Part shown: positions 18,853-29,573 of the stretch, one piece after another
Numbering within the stretch: position 1 is the stretch's first letter
How the letters are laid out: every line of letters starts with the position of its first letter
Assembly: GCA_963828465.1 (NCBI GenBank)
Contig: CAWHEU010000018.1
Coordinates: 96,001-160,000 of the forward strand
DNA length: 64,000 nucleotides
Direction: 5' to 3'
From: an uncultured Acidobacteriota bacterium
GTDB lineage: Bacteria; Actinomycetota; Acidimicrobiia; Spongiisociales; ZC4RG35
The notes under the pieces: generated by a model
Seen by the model: the letters and a program-made list of their open reading frames with translations, nothing else
What the model was told of the DNA's origin: nothing
The model's database searches: none
Translations under genes and position numbers: made by a program

Positions 18853-18877
18853 GACCGGGAGCTTATAAAGAGCGGGG

Positions 18878-19132
18878 TTACTCCCGCGACGACTCCACCA
18901 CCACCAGGAGATGGCCGGGGCCGACCGCATCGGCGAGCGTGTTCCAGGTTGCGATGCTCACCAGGCCGTCCTCCTCGATTTCGGCGCAGGCGAGATGAAC
19001 CGCGTCCACCAGAGGGTCCAGGGTGTGGTCGATGTCATAGGCCTGGGCGACGGCGATTCGGGCTTCGGCCACATCGTGGATCGCAACCGCCCGAATGGCC
19101 TCCTCGACGAAGGCCTCTGCCTTCGGCTGCAT
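18878..19132 (-). CDS. small acidic hypothetical protein
   Basis: 84-aa ORF whose start overlaps the upstream stop (TGATG). Confidence 0.65.
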   Translation of the reverse strand: MQPKAEAFVEEAIRAVAIHDVAEARIAVAQAYDIDHTLDPLVDAVHLACAEIEEDGLVSIATWNTLADAVGPGHLLVVVESSRE

Positions 19133-20187
19133 CAGATCTCGCGGAAGAGGTAACGACGGAGGATGTCGATGCGGTCGTCCAATGTCTCCGGGTCGAGATA
19201 CCAGAGCATCGCAGCCACCGTGGAGAGGAGCGGGTTCCCGTCCTGTGGGGTGAATGAGAACCCGACGACTTCGTTGCCATTGCGAACCGCCAGAGTGCTC
19301 AGGGCGACAACGGTCTGGCTCATGATCCGGCCGAAGTATCCGTGGTCACGACCGAAGGAGAACACCTGGTTGGCCGACGTCTTGTGAGTGACGGCGACCC
19401 GGGTGTTGGCCATGAGACGCTCCTTGGCGTCTTCGACGGTGATTTCCTCGTCCAACTGCAGGGAGAACTGGATCGAGTGCATGTACTGGGTATTGATCTT
19501 GACCGCAGACGAGTAGAGGTTGAGGTCGTAGCCCATGGTCTCGAATAGCTCATGGGCGTCCCGGGCATGGTGGGTCCCGAATCGCTCATCCTTGTGCGAT
19601 TCCACCGTGGGGCTGGCCACGAAGCCGTCGTCCTGGCTGATGTCATTGGCCCGCCTCATACAGAGGAATCGACCGTCCTCGAGGTGGTTTGTCCCGTCGG
19701 CGTCGATGGCCAGGGAGCGGACCAGAGCGGCAATGTTGTGGGTGTTACAGGAGACGATGTGGAGAAACCGGTCCTCGCCGGCGACCAGGGCGCTGTCGTT
19801 GATGCCCCGGGCATACATCTTCCCGAACCCGAACTCGGAGCCCTGGGCCATGAAGCCCCTCGGCCCATCGGCGTGGTCGTAGAACTCCGCTTTCATCCCG
19901 TTCCCCACCGGCGTGCAGTCGATGACGACCGTTGCTCGCTCGATCGCCTCGCGGGCCTCGTACTTGGGCGCGTGGCCAAGCTCTTGAAAAGACGAGAACC
20001 GCTCCTCGTCGACTGCCAACACCGCACCTCTTCCCTCGAGATCGGCAACCTTGGCCTTTTCGGTCAGCAATGGGGTGCGCTTGTGGAAAGTCACCTCTTC
20101 GATGCCGAAATGGTCCTTGTTGTCGGCGAGGAGGCCGATGAGGGGCTCACCTATGGTGCCGGTGCCCACCACATGGACGATGTTCAT
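19132..20187 (-). CDS. archaeal-type (class II) GAPDH-like NAD(P)-dependent dehydrogenase
   Basis: VVGTGTIG Rossmann motif, VIDCTP.G, QGSE, VSCNTH catalytic Cys, RRAND, HHA.D. Confidence 0.8.
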   Translation of the reverse strand: MNIVHVVGTGTIGEPLIGLLADNKDHFGIEEVTFHKRTPLLTEKAKVADLEGRGAVLAVDEERFSSFQELGHAPKYEAREAIERATVVIDCTPVGNGMKAEFYDHADGPRGFMAQGSEFGFGKMYARGINDSALVAGEDRFLHIVSCNTHNIAALVRSLAIDADGTNHLEDGRFLCMRRANDISQDDGFVASPTVESHKDERFGTHHARDAHELFETMGYDLNLYSSAVKINTQYMHSIQFSLQLDEEITVEDAKERLMANTRVAVTHKTSANQVFSFGRDHGYFGRIMSQTVVALSTLAVRNGNEVVGFSFTPQDGNPLLSTVAAMLWYLDPETLDDRIDILRRYLFREI

Positions 20188-20867
20188 GACGGGTTCCCTC
20201 CGAGAACAGCGCTGCTCCTGGGGCTCACACTAACTTGCCCCTCCTTTTCGTTACCCAAACTCTCGACGCGGACCAGTACTTCGCTTGCAATTGGGACAAA
20301 CCCACAGGCCAGGAACGAGCGCACGGAGCGTGCGTTCCCCGGCGCTACGGCTGCGAACACGGGTTCTCCATGGGGGGTCATCGTCAGCGCCTGATGGATG
20401 AGGTGACGCCCGCGTGGGCCATCGGGGGAGTTCTCCACACTCATCTCTCGTCGCCCTCCCAACCCAAGACCCAGTGTGAACAAGCCGTCGGGCGAACCGT
20501 AGGCCCGTACTTGCTCCCGTCTGGCTCGGGCGAAAGCCACCCGGGGATGGTGGTCGAGGTCGGGCCTGGGTACCAGGGCTCCGCCACCTCGGCCCTCGGC
20601 GAACATCGTGATATCGATCGAACCGATGCTCCCTCGTGGCCCGGCCATTCGGAGCATGACCTCGGGATGAAGCGCCCTGCCGAGCCCATCGGGAGCGAGG
20701 TCGGACAGGTCATCGGCTCTGAGCCGGCTGGCGATGAAGGCATGTCCCGTGAAGCACACCACCGCCTCCTGACCGTCGCCCAGCTCCGGGAGAAACGTGA
20801 CCCCACCGTCCATCTCGGGGAATCGGCCGGCCGCGGCGTCGCGGAGGATGGTCAGAAGCGGGTGCAC
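20184..20867 (-). CDS. GNAT-like acetyltransferase family protein
   Basis: C-terminal VFAAVAPGNARSVRSFLACGF resembles a GNAT motif B. Confidence 0.65.
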   Translation of the reverse strand: MHPLLTILRDAAAGRFPEMDGGVTFLPELGDGQEAVVCFTGHAFIASRLRADDLSDLAPDGLGRALHPEVMLRMAGPRGSIGSIDITMFAEGRGGGALVPRPDLDHHPRVAFARARREQVRAYGSPDGLFTLGLGLGGRREMSVENSPDGPRGRHLIHQALTMTPHGEPVFAAVAPGNARSVRSFLACGFVPIASEVLVRVESLGNEKEGQVSVSPRSSAVLGGNPS

Positions 20868-20883
20868 GTCTCAACGATATTCA

Positions 20884-22173
20884 CTAGCTCGGCGTCGAGA
20901 ACTGGGCCTGCTCCGTCGAGCCTTCAAGTGCCAGTGTGGATGACTTGCCGCCGGCCACCACCTGGCTCACCAGGTCGAAGTAGCCGGCGCCCACCTCGCG
21001 CTGATGCCGGGTGGCCGTGTACCCGTCGCCTTCCATCGAGAATTCCCGGTTCTGGAGCTCGACATAGGCCGGCATCCCCTCCTCGGCATAGCCACGGGCC
21101 AATTCGAACATCGATGCGTTCAGGGCATGGAACCCGGCCAGGGTGATGAACTGGTAGCGATAACCCATCGTGCCCAACTCCTTCTGGAACCGGCCGATCG
21201 TCGCCTCGTCCAGGTGCTTGGACCAGTTGAACGATGGCGAGCAGTTGTAGGCCAGCATCTTGCCCGGGTACTCGGCATGGATCGCCTCGGCGAAGACCCT
21301 CGCCTCGTCGAGGTCCGGGCGGGCCGTTTCGCACCAGATCAGGTCTGAGTACGGCGCGTAGGACAGACCGCGGGCGATCGCCGATTCGAGACCGCCGGTG
21401 ACCATGTGGAACCCCTCCGGGGTGCGCTCGCCGGTCGCAAAAGCGCGATCTCGCTCGTCGATATCGGATGTGAGGAGGGTGGCGCCATTCGCATCGGTCC
21501 GGGCCACGATCAGGGTTGGCACATCCATCACGTCGGCGGCAAGACGCGCCGCCTGCAGCGTTCGAACGTGTTGCGCCGTCGGCACCAGGACCTTGCCCCC
21601 CATGTGACCGCACTTCTTCTCTGCCGCCAACTGGTCCTCGTAATGGATGCCGGCGGCGCCGGCCTGGATGAATCGCTTGGTGAGCTCGAAGACATTGAGC
21701 GAGCCGCCGAACCCGGCCTCGCCGTCGGCGATGATGGGAACGAACCAGTCGATGTCGGTCTTTCCCTCCGCCCAGTGGATCTGGTCGGCTCGGCGGAGTG
21801 CATTGTTGATCCGCTCCACCAGTGCCGGGGCGGAATTGGAGGGGTACAACGATTGATCGGGATAGACGTCGCCGGCCAGGTTCCCGTCCGCCGCCACCTG
21901 CCATCCGGAGAGGTAGATCGACTTCAGACCGGCCTTCACCATCTGCACCGCTTGTCCACCGCTGAGAGCTCCCAGTGCGCTGACGTAGTCCTCGGTGGTC
22001 AGACGCTCCCAGAGAGCGATGGCCATCCGATTCGCCAGCGTGGACTGCTCCCTTATGCTGCCCCGGAGCCTCACCACGTCTTCAGCGCTGTAGTCCCGGG
22101 TGACGCCCTCCCAGCGAGGGTTGGCCTTCCAGTCGTCGGCCAGACGGCTGGCCTCGTTGGCGACGTGCGACAT
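20884..22173 (-). CDS. aceA: isocitrate lyase
   Basis: KKCGHMGGK signature, [21 protein letters not shown]; ATG 22173 after GGGAGAG. Confidence 0.97.
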   Translation of the reverse strand: MSHVANEASRLADDWKANPRWEGVTRDYSAEDVVRLRGSIREQSTLANRMAIALWERLTTEDYVSALGALSGGQAVQMVKAGLKSIYLSGWQVAADGNLAGDVYPDQSLYPSNSAPALVERINNALRRADQIHWAEGKTDIDWFVPIIADGEAGFGGSLNVFELTKRFIQAGAAGIHYEDQLAAEKKCGHMGGKVLVPTAQHVRTLQAARLAADVMDVPTLIVARTDANGATLLTSDIDERDRAFATGERTPEGFHMVTGGLESAIARGLSYAPYSDLIWCETARPDLDEARVFAEAIHAEYPGKMLAYNCSPSFNWSKHLDEATIGRFQKELGTMGYRYQFITLAGFHALNASMFELARGYAEEGMPAYVELQNREFSMEGDGYTATRHQREVGAGYFDLVSQVVAGGKSSTLALEGSTEQAQFSTPS

Positions 22174-22184
22174 GTCTCTCTCCC

Positions 22185-23744
22185 TCAGTTGATCAACTCG
22201 TAGGCGGGCAATGTCAGGAACTCGACGAAGCTCTCCCCGAGGGCCACGTCTTCGAAGATTTTTTGGGCGACGGGCAGCCGATCCCCATACGGGTTGTCCT
22301 CCCCCTCCAAGCGATCGATCACAGACCCGGCTATCGAGCGCACCCGGGCCTCGGTGATGGGGGCGGCGTCTTCGGTTTCGACGCCGTGTCGCACCCACTG
22401 CCACACCTGCGATCTCGAGATCTCTGCCGTTGCGACGTCTTCCATGAGATTGTCGATTGCGGCGGCACCGGTCCCGGACAGCCACGAGGCGAGATAGCGG
22501 ATGCCCACCGAGACATTCGTCTCCAGGCCAGTGGTCGTCACAGATCCGGGGAACTCGAAGTCGAGCAGGTCGCCCGCCTCCACGGCAACATCGTCGCGCT
22601 GGCGGTCCAGCTGGTTCGGCCGTCCCCCGAGGACGTCGTCGAACTCTTTCATGGCCACAGGTACCAGATCGGGATGGGCCACCCAGGTGCCGTCACAACC
22701 CGCCCCCGCCTCCCGGGCCTTGTCGGCCCTCACGGCAGCGATCGCCTTCTCTGTGACCTCGGCATCGCGCCGATTGGGGATGAAGGCCGCCATGCCGCCG
22801 ATGGCATGCGCACCTCTCCGGTGACACGTCTTGACCATCAGCTCGGTGTAGGCACGCATGAACGGGACTGTCATCGTGACGGAGCCGCGATCGGGCAAGA
22901 TGAACGATGGGTCGTTCCGGAACTTCTTGATCACAGAGAAGATGTAGTCCCAGCGCCCGGCGTTGAGGCCGGCCGCATGCCGGCGCAGCTCGTACAGGAT
23001 CTCGTCCATCTCGAACGCGGCGAGGATCGTCTCGATCAGGACGGTGGCCTTGATGCTGCCCTGCGGGATACCGAGCCGATCCTGGGCCCAGACGAACACG
23101 TCATTCCAGAGTCTCGCCTCGAGATGAGACTCCAGCTTGGGCAGATAGAGATAGGGGCCGGTCCCGGCCTCGATCGCCGCTCGCCCACCATGGAAGAGAT
23201 AGAGGCCGAAGTCGAACAACGAACCGGACATGGGACGCCCGTCGACCAGGAAATGCTTTTCGCCGAGATGCCAGCCACGCGGTCGAACCACCAGGGTCGC
23301 CGTCTTGCTGTCGAGCTCGTAAGTCTTCTCTCCGGTGTCGAGTCTCAACTCGCGCCGATAGGCGTCGACCAGATTGGCCTGGCCTTCGAGGAGGTTGAGC
23401 CAGGTCGGAGAGGTCGCATCCTCGAAGTCGGCCATGAAGACCCGGGCGCCCGAGTTGAGCGCGTTGATCATCATCTTGGCGTCGACCGGGCCGGTGATCT
23501 CGACGCGGCGGTCGGTCAGGTCGGCGGGCACCGGGTCGATCACCCAGTCCGACTCCCTGACATGCCGGGTCTCGCTGAGAAAGGCAGGTTGCTCCCCATC
23601 ATCGAGCCGGCCCTGCCGGGTCTGTCGCTCGGCGAGGAGCTGGCCCCGCTGCCAGCCGAACTCCTGTTCCAGATCGGTGAGAAACGCGACCGCTTCCGGG
23701 TCGAGGACCCGGCGCTCGATCTCGGTATCTCGAAACTGATTCAT
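22185..23744 (-). CDS. aceB: malate synthase A
   Basis: [48 protein letters not shown]. Confidence 0.97.
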   Translation of the reverse strand: MNQFRDTEIERRVLDPEAVAFLTDLEQEFGWQRGQLLAERQTRQGRLDDGEQPAFLSETRHVRESDWVIDPVPADLTDRRVEITGPVDAKMMINALNSGARVFMADFEDATSPTWLNLLEGQANLVDAYRRELRLDTGEKTYELDSKTATLVVRPRGWHLGEKHFLVDGRPMSGSLFDFGLYLFHGGRAAIEAGTGPYLYLPKLESHLEARLWNDVFVWAQDRLGIPQGSIKATVLIETILAAFEMDEILYELRRHAAGLNAGRWDYIFSVIKKFRNDPSFILPDRGSVTMTVPFMRAYTELMVKTCHRRGAHAIGGMAAFIPNRRDAEVTEKAIAAVRADKAREAGAGCDGTWVAHPDLVPVAMKEFDDVLGGRPNQLDRQRDDVAVEAGDLLDFEFPGSVTTTGLETNVSVGIRYLASWLSGTGAAAIDNLMEDVATAEISRSQVWQWVRHGVETEDAAPITEARVRSIAGSVIDRLEGEDNPYGDRLPVAQKIFEDVALGESFVEFLTLPAYELIN

Positions 23745-23828
23745 AAGATGGCAGTGTCTTTACCAGAAGGTTACAATTTCAAATCAGGATAGACTAAAGA
23801 ATAGACGATCTTTCGGAAGCGAAGACAA

Positions 23829-25278
23829 ATGACCCAAACTCAGCAGTTGGACCCGCTCATCCTCGGCCGGCGGCTTCGTCATCACCGCCGGGAGCGTGGG
23901 ATGACCCTCGACGAGCTCGGCGCTGCGGTGCGCCGGCCCGCCCCGTATCTGTCCCTGCTCGAGAACGGGAAGAAGCAACCGCGTCTCAACCTGGTCGTCG
24001 AGATCGCCGCCGCTCTGGATGTCGACCTCGCCGAGCTTCTCGACCCCAACCCACCCAATCGGAGGGACGCGTTGGAGATCGCCTTGCTCAGATCGCAGGA
24101 AACCCCGCTCTTCGATTCGCTCCATCTCCCCACGGTCAAGCCGAGCGCCAAGCTCGACAACGAGACACTGACCCATCTGGTCGGTCTCCACGATGCGCTG
24201 CGAGAGCGCTCCAACCTGAGCTCTGCCGGCTCCGAGGACGTGAGGCGAGCCAACGGGGAGGTCACCGCCTGGCTCGCCGGACATGACGGCTATCTCGAAC
24301 AAGTGGAGACCGAAGCCCGAAGCGCACTCGCCTCGAGCGGGTATTCCGGTGAGGGCCCGTTCTCCTCGCGGAACCTGCTCGACCTGAGTGCCAGCGCTGG
24401 GTTCGAGCTGCACCCGGTCGAGGACATGCCTTCGTTTGCCGCGGTCGATCATCGACCTCGATCACCACCGGGTCTATATCGCCCAGCGTGATGCCTTGCG
24501 CACACGTCAGGCTCGCAAGGCGGTATTGCAGACGCTTGCCGGTTTCCTACTTGGTCACCAGACCGACCCCGACCTCGACACGTTTCTACGCCAGAGGGTG
24601 GAGACTGCCTACTTCGCCGCGGCGGTGCTGGCGCCCGAGGATGCGGTGGTGGCGAGGCTCAGCGCAGCCAAGGAAAACCACGACATCGATGTCGAAGACG
24701 TAAAAGAGCTCTTCTATGTCTCGTACGAGATGGCGGCTTGGCGAACGGTGAACCTGGCCACGCATCATCTCGGCATCAGGACACATCTCATTGTCAACGA
24801 TGCGATGGGGACGGTGGTCAAGGCCTATGCCAACGACGACGTGCCCATACCGAGAGATGGTCATGGCGGGATGGAGACACAGCGTCTCTGCCGCCGCTGG
24901 GGGGCACGGATCACGTTCGACTCGGCCGAGCGTTACGGGACCCATCATCAATACACCGACACACCTGAAGGTACGTTCTTCTGCACCACGCATGTCGAAG
25001 CGGGTCGGGAGCCGGGTAATGCGGTCACCGTCGGGGTCCCCTTCGTCGAGGCCCGATGGTTCCGGGGGCGTGACACGGAGAATCGTGAGTCTTCGACCTG
25101 CCCTGATCCGGGTTGTTGCAGGACGGCAGCGCCGGACCTGCAGCGGAAGTGGTCGGACAAGGTCATCGTCTCGGCCCGCTCTCAGAGCCGGATCCTGGGT
25201 CTCCTTGCCCCCGACCCCTATCCCGAACTGGACATGCCCGAAGTCCTCGACCTGGTCGAGACACACTCGGAGGGCTGA
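23829..25278 (+). CDS. XRE-family regulator, RamB/ScfR-like (one apparent frameshift)
   Basis: N-terminal HTH (YLSLLENGKKQP), YFAAAVLAP, Cys-containing C-terminus (CPDPGCC); divergent from aceBA; extra base near 24439. Confidence 0.8.
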
Positions 25279-26760
25279 TCAGCTCGAGGTGTCCTCGATG
25301 AATCCTCTCAGGTGGCCGGCCAGGGCATTCAGCGACTGACGCTGCAGGTACATCATGTGGCCCGCCTCGTAGTACTCGGTCCGGATGTTTTTCCGCAATG
25401 ACTCGTCGAGACCGAGATGGCTGATCGTGTAGTCGGTTGCGAAATGGGGCGTGGCCAGGTCGTAGTACCCGCTGGCCACGAACACTTGCAACCGCTGGGA
25501 TCGGGACATGACATCCCGAAGCTGTTCCGAGGTGTCGACGTAGTGACCCTTGAACTCTTCGTAGTCCCAGGACTCGTTCACCTTCATGCTCAGGGTCTCG
25601 TAGAAGGATTCGTTCTCGAATCCGAGCTCCACCCGCAGGTAGTCGTTCAGCGTCGCCGTGAAAGGCCCGCCGATCTGATCGGAGGCCGGGTCGTTCTCCA
25701 GATTGTCTCCAGCCGCTATCCGGTCGATCCCCGTGAAGCGAGAATCGAGCCGGCCGACGGTTCTTCGCTGGTCTCGCATCAGCTCCTTGCAGAAGCGTTG
25801 GATGTGGATCCGGAGGTTGTATCGATCGATGTAGTCGGCGGAGATCCCGGTGTATGCCGCCAGCTTGGCCATCACTCGTTTTCGTTCGGTGTCTTCGAGC
25901 GCATCGCCGCGGGCCAGGGCTGACCAGTAGGGGCCGATGGTGAACTCCTCCACCTCGTCGAGGAGGTCGCGGAGGTCACGGCGCTGGAGCTTGGATGAGA
26001 GCCGGCCGTGGAACCAGGCAGTGGCGGCGTAGGTGGGCAGGAAGACCATGAAAGGAAGGTCGTTTCCCGGCCGGAAGACGAGCGCATCAGGCTCCTGGCC
26101 GATCGTCTGGAAGTTGAGGGCCGACGAGATGAGGATCAGCCCGTTTAGCTCAGTTCCCTTGTGGGCGAAGAGACTGTGGGCGATCGCCGCCCCTCTGGTA
26201 GTCCCGTAGCTCTCCCCGGCCACATACTTCGGGGAGGCCCACCTCCCATTCCGGTTCAGGTAGGAAACGATGAAGTCGGTGAAGGCGCCGATGTCCTTGG
26301 AGAAGTGGTGGAACTCTTTCTCCTTGTCCTTGGGGGTTGCCGTGGAGAAGCCGGTGCCGATGGCGTCGACGAGGACCACATCCGCCACATCGAGTATCGA
26401 TTGATCGTTGTGGATCAGTCGGCCGGGCACCGAGACCTTGAAGCCGCTCTCGTCGAATTCCACCCGTCGCGGCCCGAGCAGCCCGAGATGGAGCCAGACA
26501 GTGGACGATCCCGGTCCTCCGTTGAAGGCGAACACGATCGGCCGGGATGCCGGGTCGGCTCCGTCCTCGGTGTATGCGACGTGGAAGAAGACCGCCTTCT
26601 TGTCGTCCTCCTGCTCGACGATCTGGGTGGCGGCGGTCGCGGTGTAGGACACCTTGCGGCGGCCAAACTTGCCGGTGTACTGCTTGGAGACGCTTTTCTC
26701 TTCGACCTCGGGAAGGGGTGGCGTGTCCTCTTGGACCTGATTGGTCTGCTCTTCTGCCAT
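25279..26760 (-). CDS. serine carboxypeptidase, family S10
   Basis: FNGGPGSS, GESYG nucleophile motif, GYYDLATP, YEAGHMMY. Confidence 0.93.
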   Translation of the reverse strand: MAEEQTNQVQEDTPPLPEVEEKSVSKQYTGKFGRRKVSYTATAATQIVEQEDDKKAVFFHVAYTEDGADPASRPIVFAFNGGPGSSTVWLHLGLLGPRRVEFDESGFKVSVPGRLIHNDQSILDVADVVLVDAIGTGFSTATPKDKEKEFHHFSKDIGAFTDFIVSYLNRNGRWASPKYVAGESYGTTRGAAIAHSLFAHKGTELNGLILISSALNFQTIGQEPDALVFRPGNDLPFMVFLPTYAATAWFHGRLSSKLQRRDLRDLLDEVEEFTIGPYWSALARGDALEDTERKRVMAKLAAYTGISADYIDRYNLRIHIQRFCKELMRDQRRTVGRLDSRFTGIDRIAAGDNLENDPASDQIGGPFTATLNDYLRVELGFENESFYETLSMKVNESWDYEEFKGHYVDTSEQLRDVMSRSQRLQVFVASGYYDLATPHFATDYTISHLGLDESLRKNIRTEYYEAGHMMYLQRQSLNALAGHLRGFIEDTSS

Positions 26761-26769
26761 GACTCGAAT

Positions 26770-27336
26770 CTAGGGCGTCTTCTCCCGCCCGTCGCGGTCG
26801 ATCCAATCCTCCGGTCCCACTCCGAGGCCCTCGGCGATGCGGTTGATGTAGTTGAAATAGGCGACGACCTGAACACAACTGGAGATCGCCCTGTCGTCGT
26901 AGCCATGCTGCCTCAGCTGGGCGACATCCTCCGCGCTGACCGAGGCGCAATCGTCTGTGAGGCGCTCGGCGAACAAGAGCAGGGCCATCGTGGCATCGTC
27001 GAGGCCGGCGCTCCGCCAATCCTCGGCGAACCGGTCCACCATCTGTTGATCGTCGACCTCATCCCGGAGGTCGTGTAGATGCGCCGCTATTCAGTAGTGG
27101 CACTCGTTCACGTCTGATGTGACTACAGCGATCATCTCCCGCTGGGACCGGGTGAGGGGTGAATCGCCGAACATGATCGTGGAATAGAGGCGCATCGAGT
27201 CCCGCATCACCTCGGGAAGCTGGCTCTGGATCGAGACGATGTTCCAGATCCGACCGGCCCTTCGGGTGGCGGCGTCGTACTCCTTCCTGGTGACACCGGC
27301 CGCCTCGTCGGCGGGTGTCACGTGAACGTGGGGCAT
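26770..27336 (-). CDS. AhpD/carboxymuconolactone-decarboxylase-family peroxidase-related protein, probable selenoprotein (CxxU)
   Basis: ORFs 27091..27336 and 26770..27042 share a frame and are separated only by TGA 27091-27093: REMIAVVTSDVNECHY-U-IAAH...YFNYINRIAEGLGV. Confidence 0.88.
27054..27073 (-). promoter_or_regulatory. candidate bacterial SECIS hairpin
   Basis: CGACCUC-CGGGAU-GAGGUCG beginning 17 nt 3' of the in-frame UGA. Confidence 0.65.
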
Positions 27337-27339
27337 GGC

Positions 27340-28596
27340 TCAACCGGCGAGAAACAGCGCCGGTTCCTCCAGATTCTCGATCACCAGGGCCATGAAGCGC
27401 CGACCCTGGGCGCCGTCGATGACCCTGTGGTCGTAGGACAGCGACAACGGCATGACGGGGGCAATCGCCAAATCCCCGTTGCTCACCACGACCTTCTCCT
27501 GGGCGCGGCCCACCGAGAGGATCGCCGTCGTGCCGTAGGGAACGATCGGAGTCCCCTGACCGCCACCCACGGCCCCGATGTTGGAGACCGTGAACGTCTG
27601 GCCGGTCAGCTCGTCGGGGGCGAGTGACCGTTCCCGTGCACCTTCTCCTAGACGCCGGACCTCGGAGGCAATGTCGAGGACCGCGAGGGCCGCGGCGTCG
27701 CGCACTACTGCCACAAGAAGCCCATCGGGTGTGTCGACCGCGATCCCTATGTGATGGGCGCCATGGACGATCAGGTCGTCGCCGTCGAGGGTGGCGTTGA
27801 AGTCGGGAAAGGCCTCGAGGGCCGGTATGACTGCCTTGATGACGAGCGCCTCCATCGGGAGCTTCACCTCGTGACGTGCGCTGAGGGCGGATCGGATCTC
27901 CACGAGCCTCGTCGCATCCACCTCGTCGAAGGTGGTGACATGGGGTATCTCGGCCCAGCTCCTCGCCATGTTGGAGGCAATGGTTCGGCGCAACCGGGAC
28001 AAAGGGCGACGCTCGTCCTCACCGGAATCCTCCAAAGGCGACGCGGTCACTTCCTGCGGCCTCGATTCTTCGGTGGGCGCCACCGACTCGGTTGCCGATG
28101 GAGCGGCCGCCAGCACGTCCTCCCGGGTGACTCTGCCCTCGGGGCCGGACCCGCGCACCTGTCCGAGATCCACCCCCATTTCCCTGGCCAGCTTGCGCAC
28201 AATGGGAAGCGCCTTGACTTCCTTGGTCCCTTCCCCTCCTGCGGTCGGGCCGACCGGGGAGAGCACTTCTGCTTCCTCGCTGAGGGTGCCGACGATGGGC
28301 GGCGCCGTGTGGGTCGCTTCTGGCTCGGATACGGAGTCGTCGGAGGTGGCGACCTCCCCGTCCTCACCGATGACGACAAGCACCGATCCGACCTGAATCG
28401 TCTCCCCCTCGACCCCACCGTGTCGAAGGACTGTGCCGGCATACGGAGAGGGAATCTCGACCACGGCCTTGTCGGTCTCGACCTCGACCACGGGTTGGTC
28501 GGCTTCGACACGCCCCCCCTCGGGGACGAGCCACCGCACGATCTCTGCCTCGGTGAGGCCCTCACCGATGTCAGGCAGGAGGAATTCCCTCGCCAC
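27340..28596 (-). CDS. 2-oxoacid dehydrogenase E2 (dihydrolipoamide acyltransferase)
   Basis: Lipoyl domain VETDKA, E3-binding GSGPEGRVTREDV, catalytic DHRVIDG. Confidence 0.95.
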   Translation of the reverse strand: MAREFLLPDIGEGLTEAEIVRWLVPEGGRVEADQPVVEVETDKAVVEIPSPYAGTVLRHGGVEGETIQVGSVLVVIGEDGEVATSDDSVSEPEATHTAPPIVGTLSEEAEVLSPVGPTAGGEGTKEVKALPIVRKLAREMGVDLGQVRGSGPEGRVTREDVLAAAPSATESVAPTEESRPQEVTASPLEDSGEDERRPLSRLRRTIASNMARSWAEIPHVTTFDEVDATRLVEIRSALSARHEVKLPMEALVIKAVIPALEAFPDFNATLDGDDLIVHGAHHIGIAVDTPDGLLVAVVRDAAALAVLDIASEVRRLGEGARERSLAPDELTGQTFTVSNIGAVGGGQGTPIVPYGTTAILSVGRAQEKVVVSNGDLAIAPVMPLSLSYDHRVIDGAQGRRFMALVIENLEEPALFLAG

Positions 28597-29573
28597 TAGG
28601 CCTCCAGTGTCTCTTGTGCCACCCGCACGATCCGGTCCACAGTCGGAAGGTAATGGCCCTCGGATCGCTTCAGCGGGAAGACGGTGTCCCAGCCCGTCAC
28701 TCGACGCACCGGCGCCGTGAGCGAGTAGAGGGCGCGCTCCTGGACGATTGCGGCCACTTCCGCCCCCATGCCTGCGGTCCGGGGGGCTTCATGGACCACA
28801 ACCACCCTCCCCGTCTTGGTCGCCGAGCGGGCAATGCCATCGGCGTCGATCGGAGAGAGGGTGCGCAGGTCGAGTACCTCCACTGATATCCCGGACTCTT
28901 CGAGACGGGCCGCTGCCGCCCGCGCCTCCTTCATCATCGCCCCCCAGGACACCACAGTGATGTCCTCGCCTTCGCGCTCGACCCGCAGCGGGCCGATCTC
29001 TGTGGTGTAGTACAACTCGGGGACCTCTTCCTTGACCGCCCGGTAGAGGCGGATCGGCTCCAGGAAGAGCACCGGGTCGGGGTCTTCGATGGCGGCCAGG
29101 AGCAAACCTCGAGCGTCGGAAGGAGTCGACGGGACCACCACCTTGAGACCCGGGATGTGGGCGTATATCGCCTCCGTCGACTCGGAATGATGCTCGGCGG
29201 CTCCGATGCCGCCACCGAAGGGGACTCGTATCACCACCGGTGCGGTGAAACGGTGGTTGGAGCGGTTCCGGATACGTGCGACGTGGTTGATGATCTGGTC
29301 GTATGCCGGATACGAGAAACCGAGGAACTGGAGCTCGGCCACAGGACGCATCCCGGCGATGGCCATCCCGAATGCCGCGCCCACTATCCCGGACTCCGCC
29401 ACCGGGGTGTCGAACACCCGGTCCTCCCCGTACTTGTCCCGCAATCCGTCGGTGATCCTGAACACTCCCCCGGTCCGACCGATGTCCTCGCCGAGCAGCA
29501 CCACACGCTCATCGGATTCGAGCGCAGTCGCCAGCGCTCCGTTGAGGGACTGGGCCAAGGTCAGCTCGCTCAA
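28596..29573 (-). CDS. pdhB: 2-oxoacid (pyruvate/branched-chain) dehydrogenase E1 beta
   Basis: GEDIG..GGVFR.T, DTPVAESGI, EHHSES. Confidence 0.93.
   Translation of the reverse strand: MSELTLAQSLNGALATALESDERVVLLGEDIGRTGGVFRITDGLRDKYGEDRVFDTPVAESGIVGAAFGMAIAGMRPVAELQFLGFSYPAYDQIINHVARIRNRSNHRFTAPVVIRVPFGGGIGAAEHHSESTEAIYAHIPGLKVVVPSTPSDARGLLLAAIEDPDPVLFLEPIRLYRAVKEEVPELYYTTEIGPLRVEREGEDITVVSWGAMMKEARAAAARLEESGISVEVLDLRTLSPIDADGIARSATKTGRVVVVHEAPRTAGMGAEVAAIVQERALYSLTAPVRRVTGWDTVFPLKRSEGHYLPTVDRIVRVAQETLEA

Noticed and set aside
17534-25278. Frameshifts in rimO and the RamB-like gene as programmed recoding or pseudogenes
   Set aside because: No slippery sites or stimulatory structures seen. 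Similar single-base indels recur in unrelated genes (vWA 5' end, cofH C-run), so assembly error is more likely; read polishing would decide.
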